This document shows positions 54,218 through 63,639 of a DNA stretch of 64,000 nucleotides, piece by piece (position 1 is the stretch's first letter; every line of letters begins with the position of its first letter). The notes under the pieces are model-generated. The model was not told where the DNA came from. It worked only from the letters and a program-made list of their open reading frames with translations, and ran no database searches. This stretch comes from Nitrosopumilus sp. (GTDB lineage Archaea; Thermoproteota; Nitrososphaeria; Nitrososphaerales; Nitrosopumilaceae): NCBI GenBank assembly GCA_965207445.1, contig CBDBLX010000002.1:384001-448000 (forward strand). The letters run 5' to 3'. Position numbers and translations under genes: made by a program.

Positions 54218-54505
54218 ATGGATGAAGGTTTAATGAACTCTGTAAAATATGCATATAAAGAAGTTCTCAGTAATTTAGAAATAGCTAACATAGATCTAAT
54301 GAATGCAGAATCTGATAAACTTGGTGCAGAACAGACATTAGACAAGGCAAAAGATAACTATCATAACGCCGAAGTTGAACTTGAGCAGGCAAAAACAACC
54401 CTTGAATCATGTAAAACCCGTGTTAATGAATTAACAGAATGTAGTGATAATTTACGTATAGTAATTGACAATTTACGTATAGTAATTGACAATAATAATA
54501 ACTAA
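54218..54505 (+). CDS. Small coiled-coil hypothetical protein
   Basis: Heptad pattern; 21-bp tandem duplication (DNLRIVI twice). Confidence 0.55.
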   Translation: MDEGLMNSVKYAYKEVLSNLEIANIDLMNAESDKLGAEQTLDKAKDNYHNAEVELEQAKTTLESCKTRVNELTECSDNLRIVIDNLRIVIDNNNN

Positions 54506-54680
54506 TCCATTTTTTTGAGATTACATAGGTATTCCAGACAACCTACGCACTCTTTGACATTGAGGGCACATGCACATATCAAAATATTGTGATGGATTCC
54601 ATGGGTAATGAATTATCAAGCGATTAATACCAAGCTACCATAAAGTAACGGCATGATTTACAACTCATCTTTACATTGCA

Positions 54681-54789
54681 TACTGATACGATTAAAGATC
54701 CGATATTTTGATTGATATTCATCTCAAAGTTGAGCACATATTATGAATACAAAATATTAGAAAACTATCGGATCTTTAATGAAACTATT
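54681..54789 (+). mobile_element. 109-bp MITE family A, copy 4
   Basis: Flanks ttgca/atgca. Confidence 0.9.
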
Positions 54790-54944
54790 ATGCACATACT
54801 GACAACGGTCCGTATGCCGGGAGCAGGACTGCTCAACGTTCTTGTGCCCGCGTTCATTCCTGCCTGGATGCAGCAGGTCGGATAAAACAGATGCGGTAGC
54901 AGGCGGGGTCCCAGTTACTATATACGAAGCCCCATATACCATGA

Positions 54945-55145
54945 TCAGTCAACGCTGCAGTTAGGCATAGAGTGTAGTTTTGGACTTGACAATCCCCGAT
55001 GAACGGGATCAAACCCCATGATGCACATGTATAAATCCGAAAACGGATCCTGCGGGTTCCTATATGCGTACATGGGTATTATCACAACCAGTACGATCAA
55101 GAGGCCGACTACAATTACACTAATCCTGAAAAACAACTTGTCCAT
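54945..55145 (-). CDS. Cassette 3 partner: 66-aa single-TM protein with two Cys
   Basis: TM helix ISVIVVGLLIVLVVIIPMY; directly downstream of the protease. Confidence 0.6.
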   Translation of the reverse strand: MDKLFFRISVIVVGLLIVLVVIIPMYAYRNPQDPFSDLYMCIMGFDPVHRGLSSPKLHSMPNCSVD

Positions 55146-55197
55146 GCTCGGTCACCATATTATTTGTATATATAAGAAAAGAGTGTCTGTTGCAGAT

Positions 55198-56457
55198 TTA
55201 GTTTAAGACTGCTGTTATGTCCATTTCGTCGGCTATGTTGTCATACGCGGCGTGATAGACGCCCCACAAGTCGTGCGTGGTGAGTATCCAGTACAGGTTT
55301 CCTTTGTCTCCACTTGCAACTATTGGTCCGCCGCTGTCACCGTGTTTAAAAGCCACGTTGGATCTTACAAGATCCCGCATGATCTCTCCATCAAGAAGAT
55401 TCAGTACCGTAACGTGTAGCGCGGAGATTGTCCCAAAGGTTACGCCACTGGCCTGTCCTGACTTCATTATCGTGTCGTTTTGCTGTTGGGCCTGAGATGT
55501 CGTGTTTGTGACCCTGTGGAGTCCGCCGCCGTACACCATGTCGTTTGTTGTATTTGAACTGCTGGTGACTATCCACGCGCAATCACAATAGGTTCCGCGA
55601 TAATATTTTTCCACAGACACGGTGCCTATGTTGCTTCCTCGAGCATTGCGTACGTCTTCTCCCACTTGACTTTCTGCGCAGTGGCCCGCGGTTATCCAAC
55701 CCCATGTTGTGCCTTTTTTGGCCTTAAAGCCAAAACTGCATCTTTCTACATCCCTCTTGGGATCCGCGCTGTCTATCTCGATGTAGTTCCCGCCTATTAT
55801 CGGCGCGCATATTCGTTGCGTGCACGATGCCGTTTCCGCCGGGGTGGAGTATACCGCGTGCCAGGGAGCACCCGGTGGCATCATATCCTCGAGATCACTT
55901 ACAATGTACCTGATGTTGGTGGAATTTACCGTGGCGTTGTTCAGCCACACCTGGATTTCTTGACTGTCGATGTCTATCCTGATGCTGGTGACAAACCAAA
56001 GCGTTGTGGAGTTGAACAGTCTGAGTTCGAATGCATCCTGCTGCGCAATCAGTTGCGAAAGCCCCTCTTCTGGGATGTCTCGTTCGTGGTTTTTCTCCTC
56101 TATTGCCCTGATTTCAGACTCTATCTCACTTACGCGCGTATGATTTGTCTGATCTCCTGCGTCAGCCCCATGGGAACTGCCCAGTTTTTCTGCTTCCCTG
56201 TACAGTTTCCCAAGCCTCTCTGATATTTTTGCGCGTTCCAGCTTCTCCCGCATTCGCTCTTCAGTCTTGTCTCTGGGATGCGTCTCGTCTATGTCCCGAT
56301 CCGTGATCTTTTCTGCGTCCGGGTGCAAAAGTTCATCTAGCAGCGTTGCCGCATCCTCTTCTCCCGCGGCGTCTTCAATAATGCCTGCCGCTACAAGTGA
56401 CGCCAAGGTGACGTCCACCGGCAGCGCGACTGTGATTGTTTCTGGTTTGGCTTGCAT
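55198..56457 (-). CDS. Cassette 3 secreted S1 (chymotrypsin-like) serine protease with long prodomain
   Basis: Triad motifs ITAGHC, CDCAW, GDSGGP. Confidence 0.88.
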   Translation of the reverse strand: MQAKPETITVALPVDVTLASLVAAGIIEDAAGEEDAATLLDELLHPDAEKITDRDIDETHPRDKTEERMREKLERAKISERLGKLYREAEKLGSSHGADAGDQTNHTRVSEIESEIRAIEEKNHERDIPEEGLSQLIAQQDAFELRLFNSTTLWFVTSIRIDIDSQEIQVWLNNATVNSTNIRYIVSDLEDMMPPGAPWHAVYSTPAETASCTQRICAPIIGGNYIEIDSADPKRDVERCSFGFKAKKGTTWGWITAGHCAESQVGEDVRNARGSNIGTVSVEKYYRGTYCDCAWIVTSSSNTTNDMVYGGGLHRVTNTTSQAQQQNDTIMKSGQASGVTFGTISALHVTVLNLLDGEIMRDLVRSNVAFKHGDSGGPIVASGDKGNLYWILTTHDLWGVYHAAYDNIADEMDITAVLN

Positions 56458-56484
56458 GTTATTACTATGGGTCCGTAGCTTTTG

Positions 56485-56523
56485 TTATATTGCGATTGAT
56501 TCTGATTTGCGGTATGTCTTTTG
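56485..56523 (-). promoter_or_regulatory. Shared cassette promoter 3
   Basis: CAAAAGACATACC-N18-CAATATAA. Confidence 0.72.
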
Positions 56524-56794
56524 TGATTTCGGGTTCGAAACATCGAACCCCATCACTACTTTTTATGTGAGCTTTTTAGGGAGTTACTCCAAATGCCTAA
56601 TTTTTAATTAATTAGTCTCTGAGTGAGAGCAGCTTGGCTGAGGGTTGCTTTTTGAACAACTGTAATTTGATACGTCCTCTATATGCCAGATCGTATGAGG
56701 TCTGTTTTTTTTTGGAGATGCGTTGTTTTTGTGGCAATGAATTTGTTTCGGTGCCAGTGGGTTCTTGTACAAACACGTCGACATAGTTGGCGCG

Positions 56795-57283
56795 CTAATC
56801 CAGCAGGCATGTGTCATACCCATAAAGATCAGACAGATTGGTAGACTGAATGTCTGGTTTGGGATATCGATCTGGAGCAGAAAGACATGAAATTGTTCTG
56901 TAAACAAAGCCCTCTTTATGCTGCAGATCCAGCTCGAGGCGATTGCCATGTATGTCATGCTGGGATACAGTCAGCACGGTGGATCCGTCAATTGCCACTC
57001 TAAATTCGTCAGTAGAGTTTGGGTACATTGATTTGAATTTTTTGTAAACGGGGCTCTTTTGCAGTTCAGTGTATCCTTTAATCTCCGGGGATTCGTCAAG
57101 CATTGCGTTCTTAACTGCAAAATACAGCGTCTTCATCCTGTCACCCGCACTCGTCCCGGGTATCTGGTTTGGCAGCGATTCAAGGTATGTGACTGCAAGT
57201 GTTGTTATTATTATGGCCGCCGCACCCATACACAAAAGCACGGTCCTTGACCGGATAGGGAAGACATGCGCGGCGCTCAACAT
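56795..57283 (-). CDS. Cassette 4 partner B (paralog of partner A)
   Basis: TM helix, then ESLPNQ, YFAVK, PVYKKFKSMYP, GYDTCL. Confidence 0.8.
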   Translation of the reverse strand: MLSAAHVFPIRSRTVLLCMGAAAIIITTLAVTYLESLPNQIPGTSAGDRMKTLYFAVKNAMLDESPEIKGYTELQKSPVYKKFKSMYPNSTDEFRVAIDGSTVLTVSQHDIHGNRLELDLQHKEGFVYRTISCLSAPDRYPKPDIQSTNLSDLYGYDTCLLD

Positions 57284-57757
57284 TCAGTCCTCTAGACACT
57301 CATTATAACCAATAAAATCAAATGCCGCCTCAAATGGAACCCCTGTGGGGTGAGGCAGGGTATTGTTAGTCGTGCAGTGTACCGCATAAACAAACGGAGG
57401 ACGATTGTCATCTTTCATCATCTCCAAGGTAATGTGGTTGCCGCGGCCGTCGTACTCTGTTACGCGCAGTATCGGGGTGCCGCTTACTGTAGTTTCGAAT
57501 TCCTCAGTAGAGTCGGGGTACGCCGACTTGAACTCTGTATAGATCGGGTGGCTTGTGAATGCGTTGTACTGTTGTATGCCCTCGTGCTCTTCGAATGCGG
57601 ATTTTTTGATTGCAAAATATGCGTTTTGGAATCTGCCACTCATATCTGTGCCTGTCGTTTGGTTTGGTATTGATTCAAAGTACGTAAATCCAATTATCAC
57701 TACGGCGCCCACACATGTGAATGTTACTAACCTCTTGGTAGAAAAAAAGGGATTCAT
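57284..57757 (-). CDS. Cassette 4 partner A: single-TM protein
   Basis: ATGA overlap with the precursor stop; ESIPNQ, YFAIK, PIYTEFKSAYP, GYNECL. Confidence 0.8.
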   Translation of the reverse strand: MNPFFSTKRLVTFTCVGAVVIIGFTYFESIPNQTTGTDMSGRFQNAYFAIKKSAFEEHEGIQQYNAFTSHPIYTEFKSAYPDSTEEFETTVSGTPILRVTEYDGRGNHITLEMMKDDNRPPFVYAVHCTTNNTLPHPTGVPFEAAFDFIGYNECLED

Positions 57758-59046
57758 GGTATCCACGAATTTGTAATTCCGCGCAGATACCACACATAGT
57801 GGGGATCGTCTCTGTCACTTGCTTGTACTGTCGTATCGACCTTTGCACATCCGTTACCCGATGCGGTAAAATACACCGGCTGAGACGTGGTTTGAAATTT
57901 GGCTACTGCGCTGTTGTATGCGTGTGCACTGGAGCATGTCATTACATAGATGCGCATGTCGTTGCTCGTTCCGTGACCGGCGCCTGCGGCACCTTCGAGG
58001 TCCGGCGGAGTGGCAAGTACGTTATGTTCTCCCACGCTCCAAGGCTCGTCTTCTTGAACTTTGCATGTGCCGTACGTGCACGTGTAAGGCTCACCGTAGA
58101 CTATGGTATAGTGATAAGTCTCACTCCATGCAAATGCTTTTGGCAAAAGGATTGACAACCAATCAGATGCTACGTCCGGGGGCTGGATGGAATCTTTTTT
58201 GTACGACTCTGTATCCAAGATCTCTTGAAGGGATGTGACATTGCATCCCTGGCTGTACCCGCACGAGGAGATGCTCGCTACGAGAATCCAGTAGTCAGAA
58301 TCGTGCTCAAGCAACTCATCGGGCACGTTTCCGTGAAGCGCAAGCATGTTAAACACGCCTGCCAAATCGGGTGCAAACCCGATAAAGTCGGGTTCTGATA
58401 TGATCTCAGTGAGCCTCTGATCAATCTCTTCTACTGAGTCAGGGGCCGGGTATTTTTCAGCCAGCCAGCCGTGAAACCTCTTGACAGGCTCTGTGTGGTT
58501 GTACTGATCCAGCAGTTTTTGCTTTGCAGCAACTAGTGATGTAATTTCATGCCCAAATCCCGTCTTTTCGATTATCGTGTCAAAGTTGTGAATCTTTGTG
58601 TATGCCAAGACCATTGCTTTGTTCCAACCGTTATCGGGCATTTCTGCTATTGTGTATGTCATTAGAGCGAGCATCATCTCTCTGAATTCTCGCGGGCTTG
58701 AAAACTGGGTTTCCCATTTCTCTCCATATCGTTCGATCAGCTTGTCGTCGTAAATGTCTCCTTCATTCAGCGTAGTTTGCCTCAGATCCGACAGGTCTTG
58801 TTGGTATTTTGCCAAGACGGCTGCATTTTGAGCGGCCTGCGGCGGATCTTCTTCCTGAGTCTTTGTTTTATTGTCTTTGTCTTGTACGTCTGCAACAGTT
58901 TCTTTGTCCACGGTGGCGTTTCTCACATCTGCAATGGAAGCATCATCATCTCCAAATGACGCACCCCTCATGCCAGCTAAAAGCACGATTGCTGTCGACA
59001 GTGCCGCAATCAATATTGTTTTTGTTTGATATGTTTTTTTACGCAT
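57754..59046 (-). CDS. Cassette 4 secreted precursor (family X)
   Basis: Signal peptide; DDKLI, DNGWN, HNFDT, HGNVPDEL; internal LLPKAFA; four-Cys C-terminal domain. Confidence 0.82.
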   Translation of the reverse strand: MRKKTYQTKTILIAALSTAIVLLAGMRGASFGDDDASIADVRNATVDKETVADVQDKDNKTKTQEEDPPQAAQNAAVLAKYQQDLSDLRQTTLNEGDIYDDKLIERYGEKWETQFSSPREFREMMLALMTYTIAEMPDNGWNKAMVLAYTKIHNFDTIIEKTGFGHEITSLVAAKQKLLDQYNHTEPVKRFHGWLAEKYPAPDSVEEIDQRLTEIISEPDFIGFAPDLAGVFNMLALHGNVPDELLEHDSDYWILVASISSCGYSQGCNVTSLQEILDTESYKKDSIQPPDVASDWLSILLPKAFAWSETYHYTIVYGEPYTCTYGTCKVQEDEPWSVGEHNVLATPPDLEGAAGAGHGTSNDMRIYVMTCSSAHAYNSAVAKFQTTSQPVYFTASGNGCAKVDTTVQASDRDDPHYVWYLRGITNSWIP

Positions 59047-59073
59047 ATTATTACTGCGGTGTAGGTACGTTTG

Positions 59074-59112
59074 TTATATAACAACTATGATGGGGTTACG
59101 GTATGCCTTTTG
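59074..59112 (-). promoter_or_regulatory. Shared cassette promoter 4
   Basis: CAAAAGGCATACC-N18-TTATATAA. Confidence 0.8.
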
Positions 59113-59479
59113 CGAATGACTCGGCGACAATGAAACGCGCGTCTTCATATAGCCTAAACCCGCAGAGGAGAATTTAAAAAATGTCTGATTATTTCCGGAT
59201 ATTCTTATGATCGTGCTTTGGCGCTCTTATAATCGAATAACTGGGCATTCCACACCGTTGCGGCGTGATGGCCTCACAAGGGCCGCGGACATGTTGCATG
59301 TCGCAGGCAACGGAACCGATCCGGCACGGGACGGGCATAAACTTGGGAACGCGGTGCGCAGTCCAGCGCGCCGCGGCTACATCTGCGCAGGCGCAGATAT
59401 TTGACATATATGGAGGCCGCGTCACAAATCCTCGTTGGAATATGATCCACAGACATACGGCAACCTGATGGCCTACAAG

Positions 59480-61175
59480 GGAGGTTGGTGCGTAATTCAT
59501 CAAATCGCCACCTACATCGTACTTGCAAAATCATCTACAAATATCGCCAGAGTTTTATATGTATAAATTAAATTAATTAATAAACTCATATATAAAAATA
59601 TCTGCGCGCATATCAAAAGTTACTTATAGGGACATCTCAATTGAATAATTGTGATACGAACAAAGGGGATGTTAAACAGCGTCGACTAGCCAATGTTATC
59701 AACGTATCGTTTGTAAAGTGTGGTGGAATGACGACATATGTGGGGTAGGTTGCCACAACATACTATGCTACACAGAGAATGACGCCCATTATAATGCATG
59801 GCTTGTGATGAATGTGGCGTCTGTTTATTGTTTGTGTAAATTTAGTGTGTGGGTTTCAAATAAGAATAGATTATGGAGGCAGACAGTACAGTGACAGAGT
59901 AGCAGCACAAGCGACACGAAGGTTATTGGCTGTATTACGAACAGACATGCAAATTTGAGCAGGGTTTTATGCGCAAGACATGGATGTCGGCGATACGAAA
60001 AAATTCACATCCGTACAAGGAAAAGAAGACAAATAGAGGAGGATGCGAGCCTGTACACTTGCGTGGCAAGATGGATTTTTTGTGCCTTTAAAAAGTTGCA
60101 AAAAATATTCCTTTTCGTGACGTGATAAATGATCTTGGACATATGCAGGATGAGCAAGTTGACGAGCCGGAGCCTGATTAGTTGGGTAACAAAACATGTG
60201 CAAACAATTGATCTCGACTGGTTTGATTCTATTTTGGCATATGCTGCCAATATGTGTCTAAATAAACTTGAAAAATCAGGGACAAATCCGGTACCGATAA
60301 AAGGTAAAGAGTTCATATTTACGCACGGATCCGAGGATTTTGAGGGCGGTAAACAAGACGTAAAAAAAGAACCTACAGGTACGATTGGGATAGACAGTAG
60401 TGTCGGGGGCAGAAAGACTGACAGATACGAAAAACAACAAAGACCAAATCATTTACTACACGACTTAACTGACACGCATCAAGACGTACCTAAAATATCA
60501 TATTATTTGATAAGCGGACACCAGATCATACTTGCATCATACACAACTCCACGCAATGCAAGTGTCACATCAATGCTTCCATATGTGGTCAACTTTCTCG
60601 TAAAAACTATACACAGATTGAAAAACGCTTATTCAACGGAGACAAGAGATACATTCGGATCAAAACTGTGAGACAATATTTGATGCAAACATGAAACCGA
60701 ACATAAAACAGCGCAATCATACAGCAGGTCATACAAACCGTGGTAAACCACCAAGCAGAAAAAAGGTAGCAGAAATCTTTGACAAAGATGCATACAAACA
60801 ACGCGCATTTATCGAGGCAATTTGGAGCAGTAGAAGAGACAAAGAATCACAGGCTACACTGTCGTATGCGCCTGGCCAAAAACAGAAAGCGGTTTGGTAA
60901 AATACTATCGATTGCATGGAATATCAACGTCCTGAACAGATTTATCTGCGCTCATAAAAAAGGGCAAAAGATTCCATCATACAAATTAGTGACTGCTATC
61001 ACACTTACACGTTTCATGTTCTATAACCTGTCTGCCAAAACAACACACATGTATATTCAAAAACAAAACACACTATAGATAGATTTCAGTCTTTTGTAGA
61101 TTAAATGTGCAATAAACCGAATAAGTTCACAGACGGGTCACAGGCAGTCCAAATGTCAATTACGCACCAACCTCC
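59480..61175 (+). mobile_element. Family B insertion sequence (IS5/IS4-like DDE) with degraded transposase
   Basis: 18-bp TIR GGAGGTTGGTGCGTAATT; IGIDSS, GDKRY and YKQRAFIEAI motifs spread over several frames with stops. Confidence 0.85.
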
Positions 61176-61213
61176 CTGCTCGCTCGTTGACTACACACGT
61201 GCCTCAATTTGAG

Positions 61214-61459
61214 TTATACATCTCTTACAACCTCGCGTTTAGCTAACTGCTCCCACGCACCAATGTTGTCTTCGCAGTTGTACGATTTGTATTTTTGAAG
61301 AGTTTCGCGAGTATTCTCACCCTCAATTGCCAAATCGATCATTTCATCATATGTTTCGGCGCAAATTGATAATGTTTCTGTATATGCTTGATTGAATATT
61401 AACAATGCACTAAGAATAATTATGCCTGCGATTATTGAAACTATGAAAGGAGTCTTCAT
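61214..61459 (-). CDS. Cassette 5 partner: 81-aa single-TM/signal protein with two Cys
   Basis: MKTPFIVSIIAGIIILSALLIF; downstream of the protease. Confidence 0.65.
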   Translation of the reverse strand: MKTPFIVSIIAGIIILSALLIFNQAYTETLSICAETYDEMIDLAIEGENTRETLQKYKSYNCEDNIGAWEQLAKREVVRDV

Positions 61460-61707
61460 AATACCACAACTGATAAGCCATGTATAGTTAGGACATGCCT
61501 AGTGGGGACTACGTCGTACTCGCATGATGTCGATCCCAGGTAGTTTGATAGGCGTTGTACAAGCATACTTGATCCAATTGCGGCACACCTCATATGCAGA
61601 CGCCTCAGACGTGGAACCTGCAAACCGTGCCTGCCTCTGGACGTGAGCCCGAGGTGGGAACTAGGTGTATATTCCATGAGTAAAAATGAATTAGGGAGCA
61701 AACTCAT
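61456..61707 (-). CDS. Doubtful ORF linking the protease and its partner
   Basis: ATGA overlaps at both ends, but atypical amino-acid composition. Confidence 0.25.
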   Translation of the reverse strand: MSLLPNSFLLMEYTPSSHLGLTSRGRHGLQVPRLRRLHMRCAAIGSSMLVQRLSNYLGSTSCEYDVVPTRHVLTIHGLSVVVL

Positions 61708-62904
61708 CTCAATGGTCCCAAGCCGGTTGTTGAATCATTGATATTTTCCCAAGGTGTGTAGTAGCTTGCAGATGAGGATGTTGTCTTGTTCATTCCATGG
61801 AAATTGTCTTCTGCCGAATTCGTAACGGCGCCTCCACTGTCGCCACGGTCCATTACATCAGTAGTGGTGGAAACTACATCGAACCAAATTCCATCGATGT
61901 AGACTCTACTTTCTGGATCGTCTACTATGCCATAATCAAGATTACTCGTCGCTCCGTGGATGACTATGTTAGCTCCGGCAGCTGAGCGATCAGTAAAGCC
62001 GGTTATCGTTGTCCAATCATTAGTGTTACTCCATACCGCCCGTTCGCTGTCATCCTCACTGCTTTGCTCCACCCAGGCGCAGTCGCATTCTGCTTGGTAC
62101 AAGTCAATTTCTACGTCTCCAACCTTGTTCCACCCTAGCCAGTCCTCGGTTGGCTGGAAAACATCGTCGCCGGAACCACTGGCGTCATCCACACAATGGC
62201 CGGCAGTGATGAATCCATCAACGCCGTTACGTTCCATAGGCAGTCCTATGGTACAGTACGAATGATTTTTGGACTCCATCTTAATTCCGCCAATGAGGGG
62301 GGTTACAGTTGGAATTAGGATGGGTGCAAGACGCATCAACTATAGTGTCGAACTTTACCTGTACTGATAGATCCGCATATCTGCGCTCAATTATGTCTGT
62401 GTAATATGTCTCATTTTTTTCGACAGTAATTTGACTTGCGTCAACAGTAACTACCAAGGCGTGATGAAGGCCGCTAACAGATACACCGATTAATGGCAAA
62501 TTGGATCCCACCACATCGTCTTGTGCGACACGTAGCTTTTGTTCTAATGCAGATTCAATTTTGTACCTTTCTATTCTTTCCTGTTCCATTTGATCTAGAA
62601 TGTTTTCATAATTTACAACGTCCTGTTTTAATTTTTCAATCTTTGATTGCAATTTAGCAATTTCTGCTGACGTTCTATTGCCGTCACTAATCATCGATTG
62701 GAGTTGTTTTTGGAATTCCTTCAATTCGCTCTTTGCAAATGAATATGGCTCCATCACTTCCCTCAACTTTTGAACTTTTGCTAATGCCTTGTTATCGTCT
62801 TGATCGGGTACTGCGCTAATTTGCGTTATGGAAACTGAGAGGATTATTGCAGATGACGATACTACAACCAATGCAATTTGTGTCGTTTTTGAAGTATTTT
62901 TCAT
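61704..62904 (-). pseudogene. Cassette 5 secreted S1 serine protease, frameshifted at a G6 run (62297-62302)
   Basis: Signal and coiled-coil prodomain in one frame; PLIGG, ITAGHC, CDCAW and GDSGG in the next; removing one base fuses them. Confidence 0.85.
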
Positions 62905-62933
62905 GCTGTTGCCACTACATGTGCGCCCCCGTG

Positions 62934-62968
62934 TTATATAAGCACGTATATTAAAATCTGGAGTGCCT
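62934..62968 (-). promoter_or_regulatory. Shared cassette promoter 5, interrupted by a MITE
   Basis: AGGCACTCC-N18-TTATATAA; CCAAAAAGGCA continues on the far side of the MITE. Confidence 0.75.
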
Positions 62969-63077
62969 AATAATTTCATTAAAGATCAGATAGTTTTCTA
63001 ATATTTTGTATTCATAATATGTGCTCAACTTCGAGATGAATATCAATCAAAATATCGGATCTTTAATCATATCAGTA
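62969..63077 (-). mobile_element. 109-bp MITE family A, copy 5
   Basis: Perfect 5-bp TSD tgcct. Confidence 0.92.
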
Positions 63078-63329
63078 TGCCTTTTTGGAAGATAGGATCC
63101 AGATCCGCGACTCGGAGGCATAGGAGTGACCCGACAGGCAGCAAGCGGAGTCGCTGTGACGTAATGCGTAGCAGACGCATTTGGAGACGCGCCGCAGCCT
63201 CCACATGACAAATCTCGCGCGCGGACGGACGCGCCGTGCCCCCATCGAGGCCAGCGTCGACAAATAACCAACGGGAGGATGACCACTGCGGCGACAATAT
63301 TTTGGCCTGCGAGCACCTGCCGCCCTCAA

Positions 63330-63638
63330 CTATGAGGGCGTACGACCTGCCGAATATGCGGCTGAAGCGAGAGGCAAGACTTGACAAGTTTACCAAGGAT
63401 ACAGGTGTGCTTATCCATTGCACGGGCGTTCCAACAAGCAAGGAGAGGCGATCCCTGACATCAAGGACATCTGTACGGCACGCAGTGTGGATACTGCAAC
63501 CTATGCAGAAATTGGTTTGAGCATCACCACTTAGAGGTCGACCACGTCATACCAAAGGCCAAGGGCGGGCCCGATGATGGTGACAATTCAGTTACTGTGC
63601 AAATACTCAACCGCATCAAGGGCATGCGCACCACGGAA
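63330..63638 (+). pseudogene. HNH endonuclease remnant (resembles the C-terminus of methyltransferase-HNH fusions)
   Basis: LYGTQCGYCNLC...LEVDHVIPKAKGGPDD...NRIKG with frameshifts; cut by the IS at 63640. Confidence 0.7.
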
Positions 63639-63639
63639 G

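Noticed and set aside
56531..56550. gggttcga-aaca-tcgaaccc hairpin as a tRNA fragment
   Set aside because: It is a simple palindrome with no other tRNA arms; function cannot be assigned.
48574..63000. Integron cassette array
   Set aside because: No integrase or attC-like sites recognised; the cassettes have their own promoters and lie on both strands.
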